A stretch of DNA of 64,000 nucleotides from Rhynchobatus australiae (taxonomy: Eukaryota): assembly GCA_034780895.1 (NCBI GenBank), contig JAUZTB010000080.1, positions 13,160,098 to 13,224,097 on the forward strand, in the 5' to 3' direction. The notes beneath the pieces were generated by a model. The model searched no databases. It had not been told where the DNA came from and saw only the letters and a program-made list of their open reading frames with translations. Made by a program: the position numbers and the translations under genes. This document shows positions 12,016 to 24,830 of the stretch, piece after piece. The stretch's first letter is position 1; each line of letters starts with the position of its first letter.

Positions 12016-15000
12016 TTAACCTGAATGAAGTTTGTAATTTCATGCCATGCTTACATTCTCAGGGATATCAGTCCCTACAAAGCCAATACCAAATCTATGC
12101 AGTCATCATGACTTCCACAGTGAAATGCCAGCCAAGGAACACTGTGTATAATGCATGCCAGGAATTTCATATACATCAGGAACTTAACTTTTGATGGATT
12201 ATGCACTTCCAAACAGCATTCAATTGTATGACACTCAAGTACAACAAAGGAAAATTTAAAAGTACAACTAAAAGCAAACTGATTCAACTATCAGTTCAAG
12301 TGCAAGCTCATCAGTGACATATTGGAAGCTAAATTAGTGNNNNNNNNNNNNNNNNNNNNNNNNNNNNNNNNNNNNNNNNNNNNNNNNNNNNNNNNNNNNN
12401 NNNNNNNNNNNNNNNNNNNNNNNNNNNNNNNNNNNNNNNNNNNNNNNNNNNNNNNNNNNNNNNNNNNNNNNNNNNNNNNNNNNNNNNNNNNNNNNNNNNN
12501 NNNNNNNNNNNNNNNNNNNNNNNNNNNNNNNNNNNNNNNNNNNNNNNNNNNNNNNNNNNNNNNNNNNNNNNNNNNNNNNNNNATCTACATGAACATTATC
12601 TCCTTCTCAACCCCCGTCTTTGGTTGCTGGCCTCAAGCAACTTTTGGACAGCTTCTGTTTTTCAATCTGATGCTGGCTATTTTAGGTCTTCACTCTCCTG
12701 CTTCAGTGTACGTCTCACTTGATGAAGTGCAAGGCTCCCTGCTCAAAACACGTAATGGTTTAAATCTAAAAATAGGTGCTGTTGCACTTTTCTCCATACA
12801 TCAGGGATGAAAGTTGCTGCAAAGTGGTCTGAAGACTGTCTGGTGAGAAACCATGGAGGGCTCCAGAGGGGAGAGCAGCAGATCGTCCCCTGGGAAACTT
12901 TGCTCTAATGAAGTGGTGTGGTATATATTTTCCCCACAGGGAGAGTCAAATTTACAATCCAGATTATTTACGATGCCAATCAGGAGAAAAGCAGCTTCCC
13001 AATCATTGTTTCATTTCCATTTCCACTAGACAGAATACTCTTGATGAGATTAGCAATATAACAAACACGTATTCATGCAATACAGTACGACAGTTGTAAA
13101 CATGGGCCCCATCTCCACGTTACATTTCATTGGCCTTCCTGAAACAGGCTGTTGCACCAGCGTACAGGAAACAGCACAAAGTATCCATCAGATAAGAGAA
13201 AACAGCACGAGCCAAGACTACCTAGATGCAACTACCTAGAAACAGGACAGGAGCCTCCATGTTACAGGCCATCTTTACTTTACAGAGCTAAATCGGCCAT
13301 CAATAAAAGATGGAAAACTGAAGGCCTAGGTCTCTCCTGAACAGTTTTAGACCAAATTCACTGAATGCACCTGATGCAGATTCCACTAAAAATAAGAATG
13401 GAAATATTTTCATTTAATCAGCAGATTTATATTCTAGATCACTAAGAATGAGCCCGTGAAATCCAGCGTTTTGATCTAGCTAATGATGGCCTGAGATGAA
13501 TTACACACCATTTTTCTTTGTATTGACTGCTACCTGAACAGTACACACGTACCAAAGCCAATGAAGTTCTCATCCACCTACCATCGCAGTCATCAAACAG
13601 CTACAAGGTGAAGGAGGATGAAAAAATAACCTGAATACATTTTGAAACAAGTTAATCCAGTTGCAGAAGGTAGAACAAATATAAAAATACCCAAAATAGA
13701 AGCTCAAAAATACAGCAACTTTTACCACTGGGAATAAGTTAGATATTACAAACTAGGGACAAATGGGCTTTACATTCTGCCCTCATGTCAGATAATGAAG
13801 GGAACAGCATTCTCAGTGTAGCAGCCCTCTATCTGGAAGAGATAAAAACAAGATTAAACTCAAGCTACCTACTCAGAAATATCCACCCCACCAATGGAAT
13901 CCTCTTACTTCCAAACTTGTTACACCAGTGACCATCCTCAGAGGTGGACTACTCATGTCCCAAAAACTAGCCAGGGTTTCCACATTCAGATTTCTAATTA
14001 AATCAACAAACGCCCTTCGATGTTTTGAGATTATTTTCTTCCACCTTGCTAATATTTCCATGATTTTTTCTTGGAGTTTCTTGCAATGGTGTCCAGACAC
14101 TAATCTTTAATTCCAGGAGGAAGTGGGGAAATCCTAGTGGACTAGCAAACCTACAAGAAGCAATCGTTCAAATTTCCATTAGAGCAGTCTTGTGAGAACC
14201 AAGTCAAATCATAAACACCACAATACATGGCAGGATTTAGTTTATATGTTAAAAAACAAATTACAATGCTGTCTCTTGTAGGCATTCAGGACATTAAAAT
14301 GACCTCTACTTCAATTTCCTTAATAATTCCGGTCACATTAACTTTCATGGTGAGATGATTGTATTATTGCAACCAAATCAACAACAGCAATTCTTTGAAT
14401 TGCTCAAAAGGTTTTTAAAACTGATTTTCCTCCTTTCTAAACCACTAGTCTTTAACTCTTAATGGGAAGGTTTACTTTTGATCCATCAATTCTACATTTA
14501 GCAGAAAAATTCATTACTATGTAGATTATAACGACTGAAGCCAATCTTCAATGTGCTAAGATTCCACTACAGCTCTATGATCAAGAGCAAAACTATTTAG
14601 TACTGAAAATTTCAAATAAACTTGCCTCCATAATCTTTTGAAGGAAGAAAATTTTACATCTTACACTTCCAGAATTCTAGTATGGAGAAAATGTGCTTCC
14701 CAGTTTCACTGCTGAATACTACATGCCCTTCCCAAGTTACGAACACCAGCAGGATGGATTTGCCAGCTGTTCCGGGGCTGCAGGTATTTTCTGCCGGGCT
14801 GGAATGGGGCATAGCTAAATCAGGGGCTGGTCAAGCCAAGCAGAACTGGGAGCGCTGAGCAAACTGGCTCACTTGCAGAATCAGCAAGGCTGGCTGGCAG
14901 CTGCTCTTCCCATGCCTGCTTGCTTTCCCATCAAAGCGGTTTCCCTGATCCTGTGCCACACACTGTTTTCTATTCATTTCTGACTCACGAACAGTTCAAG

Positions 15001-17229
15001 TTACAAACAGTTCTCAGCAATGAAACCCTGCCATAACCTGGGGACTGCTTGTCCTTGTATTTTAAAGTGGTGCCACAACCAGGATTCTTCCATTTACCAG
15101 CGTTCCATTATGAATTTTCACCAATAACACCGCTATTTCTATTATAGCAAAGAATAAATTAAAATTTATTTTTTGCCATAACAAATAGTGCACCAATCTG
15201 CTCATGGCAGTACACTATATCAAAATATTCATAAGGCAATTTACCTTCAAATTTATGAAATTTCACTTAAAGTACTTTCCAGGAATGCAAAGCTTTTGTA
15301 AACAGAGGAATATGTATACCGGAGGAAACAGTTGCTTTGTTGTCAACTTGTTATCCTCTTAACACAATTAGATCAACACAAGACCTTCTAAATGCAAGGT
15401 ATTACAAATTATATTTACAACACACTATGCAAAAAGATGTATTTCACTCTGTGTTTTGATGTACATGTGACTAATAAAGAAATTTTCTCTTATCTTTATG
15501 TCCCTTATTATTCACACGGATGATGCTGCTCGTGAAACTTTACCAGACCTGTTGATGTTGTGGAAAGATCTAAATGGATATTCTACTAATCTCACTGCAA
15601 TGAAATAGTTTGAACTACTTCCCCATTTAAGCAATTGCTTTAATCCATTGTGTTTGAATGCCTGGGTGCACATAATTTATTTGCAACTTCAATCTAGGTA
15701 GATTTCACATTACCTTCTGCTGTGAGGGTGGGAAATTGGATAAAGTACAACTTGCTCTTTGCAACACAATTATCCAGGTAGTGCTTTTTGTATGAAATGT
15801 CTGTCACAATATATTCATATGAACTTCAAATACTTCTGCATTCAGTATGATAATGTCAGATGACAACTAAACCTGCCCTCATTTTTTTCTACTTCTATCA
15901 CAAAAGCACCAGTGCTGGTCGGGGACAATTCTGGACCAAGTCATAAAACTCTGGCACATCACCCTAGACCCCAAAATCATTTGTGGTAAACCTAGTTCAC
16001 AAGAATTGGCAGACCACCTCAATGTAAAGATGGGGCAGAGTGTAGTGGACATGTGCAGGGGAGCACCATAGTGCCCTAAAATACCCTCTGACACACAACC
16101 TTCAGTGACCAGAAGGACTCTCTAATTAATTGCTGCAGAAGCACTGAAGATTAGCAGATCTTTAGGAATGAACACAAGGATTTCTCAGTAGGCAGCATAC
16201 CCACCCAGTCACATTAACTAACAATGAAAATTGTGGGTGCTCAGCAAAAGCAGGCCAAAACATGGCTGTCTTGTGTCATGAAGACTGGAATGCATGTGCA
16301 TTCTATTATTAGCATCATAGGTTTAGGCCTACAATATCCCCAACAGAAGACCATCTCAGAGCACTCTGAAGCAGTGCCAGATGAAGGTACGAGGAATTAG
16401 ACCAAGGCTGCTGTTACGTACCTACTGTCATTGGTAGATGCCCTGCTCAACTGGGACTTGCAGGTCAGGGAAAAATACATTCATTGTACTTTACTGACTT
16501 ATAACCTGCACTTTCCCACAGCAAAACTTCAGTACGAGTTGGGGTGGATGGGGGAAAGAACCTATATATTAGCTGTTTGTTTTGTTTCCCCTGTAATGGG
16601 CCGTTTGCAATAACAACTTAAACACAGACCAATGTGGTACTTTCACAACAGGTTGGCAGTGAATTTTGAACCACAATTACCATAAGATGCTTACTATGTA
16701 TTTTCCCATCATCATCACTATGTTGAATTTCAGGGATTTTAACATGGGATCTTTTATTTGAAAGGGATTTTTTAAATGAAAAAGTCTTCATGGGACAATA
16801 CCCATAGATGTCAATAAGTTTTTAGAAAATGATTTACTGTAACCACAGATCCAATACCCTGCTTTGCCCTCAAACAACCAGACAACTGTACAAACATACA
16901 AAGTAGGTTCAGTTTTAGATTTCATGTCCTTAAATCTCAGGACCCTATTGCAGAAGTCAGCCGTTCTCCAATATAACACACATGAACCCAGAAAGCGTGT
17001 GTTGCCCTTTCATCATGGTAGGCCGGTCAATCCCACCAGTTGCTGGCTAGAGATAAGATCACACACTGGACTTTCCTTTCCTGCCCAGGGATAATTAGGT
17101 TAATTACTGCACGACTACGACTTAAAACAGAGAGAAAAGGGAAGGATGAATTGACTTTACACAGGCCATTTCACAACCCTGCATGTCCTAATTCAGTTTT
17201 CAGCAATTATTTTTAAAAGTGCAAATCAA

Positions 17230-17415
17230 GTTGCAGATGCTGCAAATCTGAAACCAAACCAAAGCTGGAAACATTTAGGCAGCACTTGTAGAAAGAGAGT
17301 TAATGTTTCAGGTCTGAGACACTTCAAAATATTTTGGACCTGAAACATTAACTGTTTCTCTTTCCACAGATGTGCTCAACCTGCTGAGTGATTCCAGCAT
17401 TTTCTGTTTTTATTT
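17230..17415. mobile_element. Palindromic Penelope-terminus-derived element
   Basis: gttaatgtttcaggtc ... gacctgaaacattaac inverted pair centred near 17325. Confidence 0.7.
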
Positions 17416-17419
17416 CTTT

Positions 17420-17665
17420 TTGAAGTGCAGCTACTGTTGCAATGAGAGGAAGTTCTGCAGCCAATACAGACAGCTAGGCTCCAAAGACAAATATTCAGAT
17501 AACCCATCTTTGGTGTCTATTAAGGGAAAACAAGTCACCAGAACTCCATGCTCTGCTTGGAACCAAGTGATGGAACCTTTTACATCCACCTCAGAAAGTA
17601 GAAAAATCTTGGTGTAACATTTCATGAGGTCTGGCACCAGAGATTCAGCAGCATTCCCTCAGCAG
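17420..17665 (-). mobile_element. Deu-domain SINE (SacSINE/AmnSINE-like), old
   Basis: ttttacatccacctcag and cagcagcattccctcag are the reverse of the Deu core. Further copies at about 18900-19130 (-), 33410-33690 (+) and 62250-62510 (-). Confidence 0.6.
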
Positions 17666-19354
17666 CAGAGGATTACTGCTGGCCTCCAGCACAGAGGGGG
17701 AAGCACAGTACAAAAATCATACAGGAAAATGTGTTCAAAGTAGTAAGACCAAGGTCAGGATACCACAATTTAAAATCCAACCAATCGCCTTCATTTAACC
17801 CATAAAAACAAAGGAAAATTGAAACTGGTTTCTTTAAAAAAAATCAATTTGAACAGCAGGGCTTTTTCTCTAATAGGCAAGTACCTCAAGGGGAAATCTT
17901 ACCAGAGTTGGGTGTTCAAAGAAACGTAGATTGGCACAACAATCTCCATGCAAGGGGTGTTTCTCAACCAGTTAGTCAATGCATCTCTTTTTCCCAATAC
18001 CCATTTCCCATAATTTACTTGTGCTGCAGCCGAACCACTCTCAAGCTTTGTTCCTTCTTTTCCACCTAATTAGCACAGACGTTCAGTACATTCTCTGCAG
18101 TACATTCCACTTCTGCCTTGCTAAACTCTGCCAAAACTATATGCTCAAAAATAATTAAGGTTTATAATACACTAGAAAAATAAAAACAACAAGATGGGGC
18201 CAAGGGCAGTCAATGGCTCTGCAATCCAATGGCAAAATCAGTGGGCCACATACATCAGGTGGCTAATGTCCACTTTCCACAATTGCTGGCTGACCTCGTG
18301 ATGAGTCATCTGCTGTTAAGACTTCTGCTTTGGACATTCAGCCTGACCACATAAACTAAGAATCGACAAACTTTTGGTCTGCTAATAAGACAACATAAAA
18401 AGAACTCCAAGACTTAAAGCTTGCAAAACTCCAAAGTCACAAAACAAGAAGTAATTTTATTGTTACGGCCTTTGAGGACCTTGATTTAGGGAATGAGTGA
18501 TTACTTTAAATGTCACTAGATTTCATTCTCCGCAGGAGTACAGCACTAGGAACTTTTACCTCTTCTGCCTTATCCATTACATATATGGTAGACTGGCCTC
18601 TGGCATTCATGCATGTTGAAAGTTGATGCCGTGTTTTGCCATCAAGGAATGCTTCTGACAGCAACTTGCAAGGCCCATCACATGAAGATGTGTAGAAGTG
18701 CAGTGAGAAAAACTGCATTATTTGGTAGAAGTGCTGGCTCAAGTTTTTAGGCAGCAGTGGCTCCAAGTATTTTAGTCCAAACTGCACTTCAGGCTTTCCA
18801 GTGTAATACCTATAACATAGCTGAGTGTTTATGTGCATATATACCATAGCTTTAAGATAATGCAAGAAACAATTCTTAAAAGAAAGGGGCCTTCAATTAG
18901 CCACTCTGTTACATCTCTGAAATGAGGCTCAGCAGCCATTCTGCGCATTGCAGGGTGCTCATGTTTCCAATGGTGTTGACAGAAGGACAATGTGACGCCA
19001 GGGAAACTTCCTGTTCTCTGAAAGATTCCATAGGATCAACACCCGCCTGAACCAGTCAAGGAGGCAGACACGAGTCCACGAGATGGGATCAAGTCCACAA
19101 CTGCTTGCCTAGAAGTGAAAGCCACAGCTGACAGGAATTTGGGCTCAAAGTCTCAAACCCATTTCCAGGTTTCAGAAATGAAACTTCAAGACCTTCTTCT
19201 GCAGACTCCACTAAAAAAACAAACTGTTTAATCTGTTGGGCTTTTGCAGCAAAGGAGGATGGTTTTACCCCACTCTGGACTCTGCTGCTGAATCCTCTGA
19301 TTATTCCAGGTGTATATGAAAGGAGTGATGGGAGTGGGGTTAAACATTTCTTTC

Positions 19355-19552
19355 AATGTGAGTGCACTGCCTGGGGTGATGGTGGAGGCAGGTACATCTG
19401 TCAAATTCAAGAGATTGCTAGATAAGCACATGGAGGAACTTAAAATAGAGGGATATGTGGGAGGAAGGGGCTAGATAGTCTTAGGCGAGGTTTAAAGGTC
19501 GGCACAACATGGTGGGCCGAAGGGCCTGTATAGTGCTGTACTGTTCTATGTT
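19355..19552 (+). mobile_element. CR1 LINE 3' end, relatively young
   Basis: ggtggaggcaggtaca...ggtcggcacaacatggtgggccgaagggcctg...ctgttctatgttcta tail with CpGs intact. Confidence 0.85.
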
Positions 19553-21332
19553 CTACACTCTTCCAGGTCAACGTGTAAGATCACAGGGACCTGGGACATG
19601 GCATCTGATCAATTCCAATTTCCATCACAACACCAAAACTGGTGGAGAGTCAGGGATAACCAAGCATAAACACCGATCTCAGCCTCTTTCTCCATTATTA
19701 GCCTGCCTGGGATTAAGGTACAAAAGCTAATTTCTGTCCTTTCCCCTTTAAAAAGTGCTGCATGGGAAGAGAAAGAACCAAACAGAATTACATAGTACTT
19801 AAAAAAAGTCCATTTGTTCCAATGCAATGTCATTGTTTATGCTTCACAAGCACCCTTCTAATATCTGCATATACTTACAGTCCTTTCTTTTCTGTGTACA
19901 TATCTTGCTTCCCCTTAAATTCACCAATGCCATCTGCTTCAATTACCTCATGATGTTAGCACGAGTCACATTCCATAGGCAACTGCGCATAAAGATTCAT
20001 CCTGAATTGTTCAGATAGCACAAATTGAAATGTGGATGCATTATCACAAGTCTAAATGATCAGTCTCCATTAGGTCACTTCCCAGTCTTCTCCTTTACAG
20101 CCCCTGCCCATCAGATCTTTGCTGATGTATCACGTAACATGATTAAGAATACCATTTCTAATCAAACGTCTTCCCGGTCAAATGTAACTTGTGAACTATG
20201 TCTGTGTTAGCTTCAACACTCCACTAAGGGGAATTACAATTTTTCATAATTGATTGATCTCTCAGGTATATCACAAGCCCCTTCACCTGAAAGCGAGCAC
20301 CTATTACAAAGCAGATCTCCCTCAGTCTCTCATCTGCTGCAGAAGAAGTGCTGCCAGTTGAGTCCAGCTGCCACTGTCAGCAGGTGAGACTGTCATGACT
20401 GACCACTTCATGCTTGGCACTCACCATGTCACCAAAATGGTTCATCTCCATGCGAAATGTATGTTTACCCACTGAATACTCCAGGTTATGACGTTTAATG
20501 TTTTTGAGGTTTTCCTCCCATATTAATCTCCTCCACTTTTCTTCATTCTATGTATAAAAGCAAAGCAAAAAATGATAACTTTATCACAAAAAAACAAGCA
20601 GGATCAGATTATACGGTCTCTGAGACTGCTCTGCCATTCAGTAAGATTGACAATCTTAAAACCAATCTCCACACCCCTTAATTCCCTTAGAGTACAGCCT
20701 TGAATACACCCAGTAAATGAATAACCACAAAATTCCAAAGGCTTTCACCTTTCTAAGGAAAAATTTCTCAACATTTCGGTTATAAATATCCAAGTCCTTA
20801 TATCACTAGCCCAAGGAAAGAGCCTCTTACTGAAACACTTAAATACTCAGGAACAAATGTAGCAAAAACAGTAATGGGTATGGTCAACTGTTAAAGTATT
20901 ATGATGGCATTTGAAATTGTCTGTTAAAAATATTGAAGTTAGTAACTTAGTGAAATNNNNNNNNNNNNNNNNNNNNNNNNNNNNNNNNNNNNNNNNNNNN
21001 NNNNNNNNNNNNNNNNNNNNNNNNNNNNNNNNNNNNNNNNNNNNNNNNNNNNNNNNNNNNNNNNNNNNNNNNNNNNNNNNNNNNNNNNNNNNNNNNNNNN
21101 NNNNNNNNNNNNNNNNNNNNNNNNNNNNNNNNNNNNNNNNNNNNNNNNNNNNNNNNNNNNNNNNNNNNNNNNNNNNNNNNNNNNNNNNNNNNNNNNNNNN
21201 NNNNNNNNNNNNNNNTTTGCAACCATGCACACATTGCCTAAAGTGTCAAAATGGCACCATAAACTTCATCTAAAATGGAAAGAACTTCCCGCAGCTCTTG
21301 TTATGACTCTACACTGAACAGCGAGTACTTAC

Positions 21333-21398
21333 GTGGCATGATTCCCTGGCTGGCCAGCTCTTCGCGTGTCCGCCGTTGCTGAAGCTTTAGCTGCAGTA
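21333..21398 (-). CDS. MRTFA: RPEL repeat 1 exon of MRTF-A: (V)LQLKLQQRRTREELASQGIMP(P)
   Basis: 66-nt phase 1-1 exon. Branch point CACTAAC (21424-21430), pyrimidine tract and ...ctggcag| acceptor; CCAC|gtaagt donor. LQLKL..REEL..SQG is the MRTF-A form (MRTF-B has LQLRL..REQLVDQG). Too short to appear in the ORF track. Confidence 0.96.
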
Positions 21399-22679
21399 CT
21401 GCCAGAGAAAAGGGAGGGACATGGTTAGTGCTGCTGAGCAAGTGCTACAACACCCTACTTCTTTGAGAAGGTTCTCCATTCCTAACTTCACTTTTTGCAG
21501 AAGTGGTAACACGTCTAGTGTTTCCGCCCAGCTGCCTCTGCGTAGGAAATAACAAAGCTGTCTGTCATTCTGATAAGCTCTACAATAAGATTTTGCAACT
21601 TTTTTTTGTTATAAATAAATCTTGAGGGTTTAAGTTCTCTCCTCACTCCTCTTTTCAGTACAACACTTTGCAGCTTTAAAAAAAACTGCTTCTATGTAAA
21701 CCACAAGACAGTTATGAAAGTAAGCCAAGTACTCCACCACATAGCAGCAGTGCAGGACCTGAAATTTTAAGTCAGGGGTCAGAGATTACCATCAACCTTA
21801 GACATGATCCACAGGATGGTGGGGGAGAGGAAGCACAACCTCACTCTGTACAAAGACAGGCCTAAAATCCCATTTCAGTTTCTTCCACTAAGTGATCTAG
21901 AAAGCCCATGGTGTCTGTTGATCACAGCACAGGACTTGCATTTCAGCACCAGTTTTCAACCTAACCAGTTGAACTACTGTTCCATTTTATTCTTGGCCAA
22001 ATCAAGTTTGAAATCGAAATTTACACTGATCTGTGACATTTGCTCGCCACTTATATTTTCTCCTATCCTTTCTTTCAAGCCCAAGACAGTCAAGTCGCCA
22101 TTCACTGTCTTCATAATTCAACTGCGTGATCAGGCTTGTGCATCTTCTCTGCCTACTTCCAGCACCCAAATCACATGCAGGAACTGGATGTAGAGAGTAA
22201 AGATCATTGCAACTCCACCATAATTTCCTCTGGCTTGACGATAAAATTCAACACCACTCCGATACCCCAAGAATCCAACCACAAGACTGAACAGCGACAC
22301 CATCACACGAACCAGTTTAAAAGCAAAATGGCCATTGCATGTCTGCTCAGAAGAGGAGATAGCAAGTGAAGTAGAAACACAAAGATAAGCCCCATTCCAT
22401 ATAGTCATGAAAAATCAGTTTTCCCCTCCTGATCAGATACCCTTTAAAATTAGGGCAGCAACAATGAGACTCCAATGTAAATGTCCTCCATTCAACAATT
22501 CCAATGCTCTGCTCTGCATGTAAAGTGATCACAAATAAGTTGCAAAGAGTAGAGTTGAATACAAAATTGTGTGCGTCAGTCTATGGAGGTTTTAAATCAA
22601 GGGTCAGGGATTACCATCAAACTTCTACATGACCCACAGAATGGTTGAGGGAAGACAAAACACAGCCTTGCTAAAGAAA

Positions 22680-22812
22680 GTGTAGGTGCTGGAATCTGGG
22701 GCAACACACAAATGAAGCCTCCAGATGAAGGGTCTCGACCTGAAACGTCGACTGCCCATTTCCCTCCATAGATGCCGCCTGACCCACTGAGTTCCTCCAG
22801 CACTTTCTGTGT
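22680..22812 (+). mobile_element. Penelope-terminus element with a hammerhead-like motif
   Basis: ccagatgaagggtctcgacctgaaacgtcgactg followed by gatgccgcctgacccactgagttcctccagc. Confidence 0.75.
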
Positions 22813-23427
22813 AGGCCATTAATATGGTGGCTTTTAACAAATGTCATTGTACTACCGACTTGGAATAGGGAGCAGACCTTGGAGTCACACAGAACAATTT
22901 TAAGTTCAAGATGGGGCCAGCATGCTTTCTAGAAGGATTAAAACACCACTTCTAAATAAGAGTTATAAGACACTCAAAACCAATCCTCATCAAAAAGGCT
23001 ATTATGGCAGATGCCAAAAAAGTTTTGTCAAAGTGCTAGGCTTCAAACTGCATCTTATGGATGAACCTCAAATAAAATGAGATAGATAGCCTCCTCCTTC
23101 TAGAATTGAGTGGTATCTACAAAAGCATTTCCCTTTGCTACCTTCTAGACAGCCTGCAATGATAATAGCGCTGAAAATGATCAACAGAATCAATATTGTT
23201 GGAGAACAATTCCAAGATTCAAGATTTACTTTGTCATTTCTTTGAGTATTTCCATACACAAAAAAATGAAATACTGTTTCTCACCAGCTCATATCAGTGC
23301 AACAAAAAGAACAGTGATAAATATCTANNNNNNNNNNNNNNNNNNNNNNNNNNNNNNNNNNNNNNNNNNNNNNNNNNNNNNNNNNNNNNNNNNNNNNNNN
23401 NNNNNNNNNNNNNNNNNNNNNNNNNNN

Positions 23428-24045
23428 GTGAGCAGACTAAACAGTAAAGGGCTCAGGACGCAGCCTTGAGGTGAGCCTGTGCTCACTGAGATGGTTCCTG
23501 ATGTGTGACTGCCAACTCTAACTATCTGCTGCCGCTGCGTCAGGAAATTGAGGACCCAATTGCAAATGCCAGTGTCCACCTCTAACAGCCTCAGCTTTTC
23601 CACCAGTTGTGGAATGATCGTGTTAAATGCTGTGCTGAAGTCAATGAAGAGGATCCTGGCATATGTATTCTTCTCCTCCAGATGCGACAGCGTGAGGTGG
23701 ACCGAAGTGGAGATTGCTTCCTCTGTGGATCGATTGACTCTATATGCAAACTGTAGGGGGTCTAAGTTTGCAAGGAAACAGGTCTTAATATGCTGTGTGA
23801 CCAATTGCTCAAAGTATTTCATTATTAAGGGCCACAGGGCAGAAATCATTCAGGCAAGCTGGGTTTGACTTTTTAGCGACAGGAATAATAATGGCATTTT
23901 TGAGGCAGGTGGGCACTACTGCCTGGCTGAGCGAGATATTAAATATGTCTGCAAAGACATCCTTCAGCTGCTCGGCACAATCCTTTAAAACACATCCAGG
24001 GACGTTATCCAGCCCCGCAGCTTTATGTGGGTTGACGTTGGCGTA
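23428..24045 (-). mobile_element. Rex1/Babar LINE reverse-transcriptase fragment
   Basis: ORF 23325-23849 gives [47 protein letters not shown], characteristic of Rex1 RT. Confidence 0.9.
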
Positions 24046-24584
24046 TTGATTTTAGGATAAGTTTCTTAATGGTGAGAATTCTTTGATGTAACATGACTGT
24101 GTGTCATAATGTTAATTCTTCAGCTCCAGTGAAATGAGCCAAAGTAGCATCCAGTGCCATCAACACAGATCCATGCTACCTTGAATCAGCTATTCTCAGA
24201 GCATTAACTGGCTTGTTTCCATAGTTACATGTGTGGGGATGGGAAGAACAAATCAACCCACCTTCCTTCTTTTCATCAGAAGGAATGAAGGAGGCTGGGA
24301 ATTAGGAATGCATTTCTTCAGACAAATACCATTGGGCAAGATAGTGAAGAACAGAGGGAAATCCAGAGAAAATAATGGCATATGCACGAGCTTTGAGCTA
24401 CAGTGTTAACATATGCCACAAAGTCAACTGCAGCCAAATAGACTGATTAAAAAATATGCTCAAATGAAGAATGATTACTATGAGGTTACAAACAGTACCC
24501 AATGAACAAAACACCATATTTACAGCCTTTAAAACGGGAAGGGATATAACAGCAAAGAGTTTCTTGAAATCAAGCACTAGCACC

Positions 24585-24830
24585 AAAATGGCTCCTAAAG
24601 TCAAGTGACATCCTGTTTAGCAGCAATAAGTTAACTGGTCTCTCGTCACTTCTGCTGCTTTTGACAGTGTTGACCACACCATCCTCCCCCAACACTACAT
24701 CACATTCACTTAACAGGGCAGCACCACATTTGCTTGGTTCCACTCTTGTCCATCCAGTCATAGGCACAGAAATTCCTGCAGCTGCTTCCCATCCCACAGT
24801 TACCCCTGGAGTCCTCTCAATATTTATTTC
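24585..24830 (+). mobile_element. L2 LINE RT fragment
   Basis: tctgctgcttttgacagtgttgaccacaccatcctc encodes SAAFDSVDHTIL. Confidence 0.65.

Larger units (their letters stand above)
1..21332 (-). other. MRTFA: Intron downstream of the RPEL1 exon; the next exon (LKSPAAFHEQ...) was not found in the window
   Basis: Starts gtaagt at 21332. No match to the expected next exon was seen; it may lie beyond base 1 or inside an N-gap. Confidence 0.7.

Noticed and set aside
20420-20455. Strong minus-strand donor ATG|gtgagt with short [12 protein letters not shown]
   Set aside because: Phase 0, incompatible with the phase-1 next MRTFA exon; no homology.
23325-23849. Reverse transcriptase ORF as a novel RT system (retron or DGR)
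   Set aside because: Ordinary truncated Rex1 LINE RT in a vertebrate intron, with no accessory structure.
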